Source: Paecilomyces variotii (Eukaryota). Taken from it: 64,000 bases of DNA. Both the position numbers and the translations under genes were made by a program. This document shows positions 61,976 to 64,000 of the stretch, one piece after another. Under the pieces are notes generated by a model that worked only from the letters and a program-made list of their open reading frames with translations, did no database searches and was not told the origin of the DNA. The first letter of the stretch is position 1, and the number at the start of each line of letters is the position of its first letter. The DNA lies in the NCBI GenBank assembly GCA_004022145.1, contig RCNU01000001.1. The stretch is one strand, 5' to 3'.

Positions 61976-64000
61976 TTACAATGCATCCGCTCCCATCATC
62001 AGCTTGTCAATAAGTACGTTCGTATCTTTGGGGCCATCGTCCACGATATCATGCACCGTCTTTACGAGAGCTCCGAGTCTCTTGCGACGAATCGTCTCTT
62101 CCAATTCTGCACTCTTTTGCTTGGCCACTTCCAGGACGGAATGAGGCAGGTTCGCTAGACGTGCGACGTTCAATCCGTAACTACGATGCGCGACACCCTC
62201 GCCTACCTCGTAGAGAAATGTGATCTCTTCGTCGGTCCCGGATCCGGACTCGGTGAAGCGCATGTGCACATTACGTAGTTGATGGTCTGGGAAAGACTGG
62301 GCCATGCTGGAGAGATGCTGATAGTGCGTGATGAAGAGGGTAAGACTGCGAGTTGAGCGGAGCATGTAGTCCAGGACGGCTTGTGCGATGGCCACTCCGT
62401 CGTGGGTGGATGTTCCGCGGCCAAGTTCATCAAGGATGACTAGCGAACGGGGAGTAGCTTGTTTAAGTATGTCTGCTGTCTCTGACAGCTCGACCATAAA
62501 GGTCGATTCACCAGCCATCATATTATCAAATGCGCCCATACGTGTGAAAACGGCATCAAGCATGCCAAGAGTCGCAGATTCCGCCGGCACATAAGAACCT
62601 ATCTGGGCCATGATTGCAATGAGAGCGACCTGTCGGACATAACTCGACTTTCCGCCCATATTAGGGCCTGTGACGAGAAGAGCGCGCGTCTCATCGGTGC
62701 TAAGGTTAGTATCATTTGGGACATAGCTGTCGAGAAGGAGCTGCTCGACCATTGGGTGACGACCTTTCTCTATAGAGATGCGCGTTTCTTCTGTGTATTG
62801 GGGCTTGACGTAGCCCGGCTGGCTGGCAATGGCTGCCAGAGAAAGCAAGCAATCCAGCGTTGCCAGTGATTGAATGCAGTCTCGAAAAGACTGATAATTG
62901 GCCGATATTTCCGCGAGAAACGCCATGAACGCCTTATCACAAGCAGCAGCCAGTGCCTCTTTGTGCTGATCCCGCTGACGGATCATCTTGATAACGTCCG
63001 GCGTATGGAAGCGCGAAAGCTTCTTCGTGCCGCTGATTTTGGCCCAGGAGGCAGGGACACGTTTCATAGATGGGGAGTTATTATCGACCTCAATGAGATA
63101 TTCGATACCAGCAACAGTGACGTAGTCGACTTTCTTCTTTCCAAGGGTCTCAGCTGCTACCGAGAGGTGCTCTTGTAACTCATGCTCGATACTTGCGATA
63201 CCGAGCTTTTGCTCAGTGATATCTTCGGTCTCGTGAGATTCCCTGAAGAAAGAGTATTTGTCATCGTTCTTTGCGGCGTGCATGTTGATTTTATCCAAGA
63301 AGCTGACCACGTCGTCTAGAATGATAGGGAGATAAGCAATGGCCTCACTGATCGCAGTGCAGCTGAACCCAGAATCCGCAGGTGTCTTGACATCAGAGAA
63401 CTCATTCGCGATCATCTGCATTGTTTGGAGGACAGTGAGAAGCTCGGGGCGGGTGCACTATTACTCATAAGTAAGCATGTGCGCTGCTAACGAAAAATAA
63501 CATCGCCATACCTTTCCGTAGTATATCCTGATAAGACTCTTTTCCAAGTCACTTTTCACCTTACCCAGTAGAGCTTTCAAGCGTTCGACGTGGACGGTCC
63601 GCTCCGGACTTTTCAGCTCCTCAACTGCGCTAACTCGCTCTTCCAACTTGGCTTTATCAAGCAAGGGCCGGCCAACCCATTTGCGAAGTAGTCTCTGTCC
63701 GAAGCGAGTACGCGTTCGATCCAGCGTCCAGAATAGACTGCCTTTGGTAGAATTGTCTGTTTGGTTCTGGTAGATCTCGAGACTCATCAACGTGTTGCCA
63801 TTGAGAAGCATGTGGGATCTTGCAGAGAATGACTGGAAATACTTGGTCAGGTCGAAGACATGCTCGAGACCGTACTCAGACATGTGTTTGATCATCGCAG
63901 ATAGACATATAGTGACTTGTTCTGGAAGATTCAACACTTTCTGGAGGAGATTGCTGGCATGGGTATCATTGGCGGTGCCGGGGGCCTTCATCTTAGTTGC
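61976..64000 (-). CDS. MSH3: DNA mismatch repair protein MSH3 (3' part; 5' end outside window)
   Basis: [52 protein letters not shown], Walker [46 protein letters not shown]. Confidence 0.92.

Overview
A gene-dense 64-kb segment of a filamentous ascomycete genome. Protein sequences and short GT-AG introns with CTRAC-type branch points point to Eurotiomycetes/Eurotiales; the species cannot be determined from this window. I can support 24 protein-coding genes. They include ladA (partial), an ABZ2-like lyase, a Clr5-ankyrin/C2H2/BTB block, an MFS transporter, an FAD monooxygenase, a gamma-glutamyltranspeptidase, an anoctamin, an MBD4-like glycosylase, a GNAT, a Git3/GprD-type GPCR, a GPI wall protein, an OsmC protein, HIS1, a GMC oxidoreductase and MSH3 (partial). 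The most notable element is an intronless fusion at 27704-29860. It joins a biuret/triuret-hydrolase-type cysteine hydrolase to an allophanate-hydrolase amidase domain, has non-canonical specificity motifs, and sits behind a GATA/CGG-repeat promoter. It is a candidate one-protein ureide nitrogen-scavenging pathway. Other observations: a RIP-like pseudogene relic, two single-base homopolymer frameshifts (assembly errors or lesions), a GC-AG intron in HIS1, and an over-represented TACTCCGTA motif. I recognised no rRNA, tRNA, CRISPR array or intact transposon. All family assignments come from motif recognition, not database searches.
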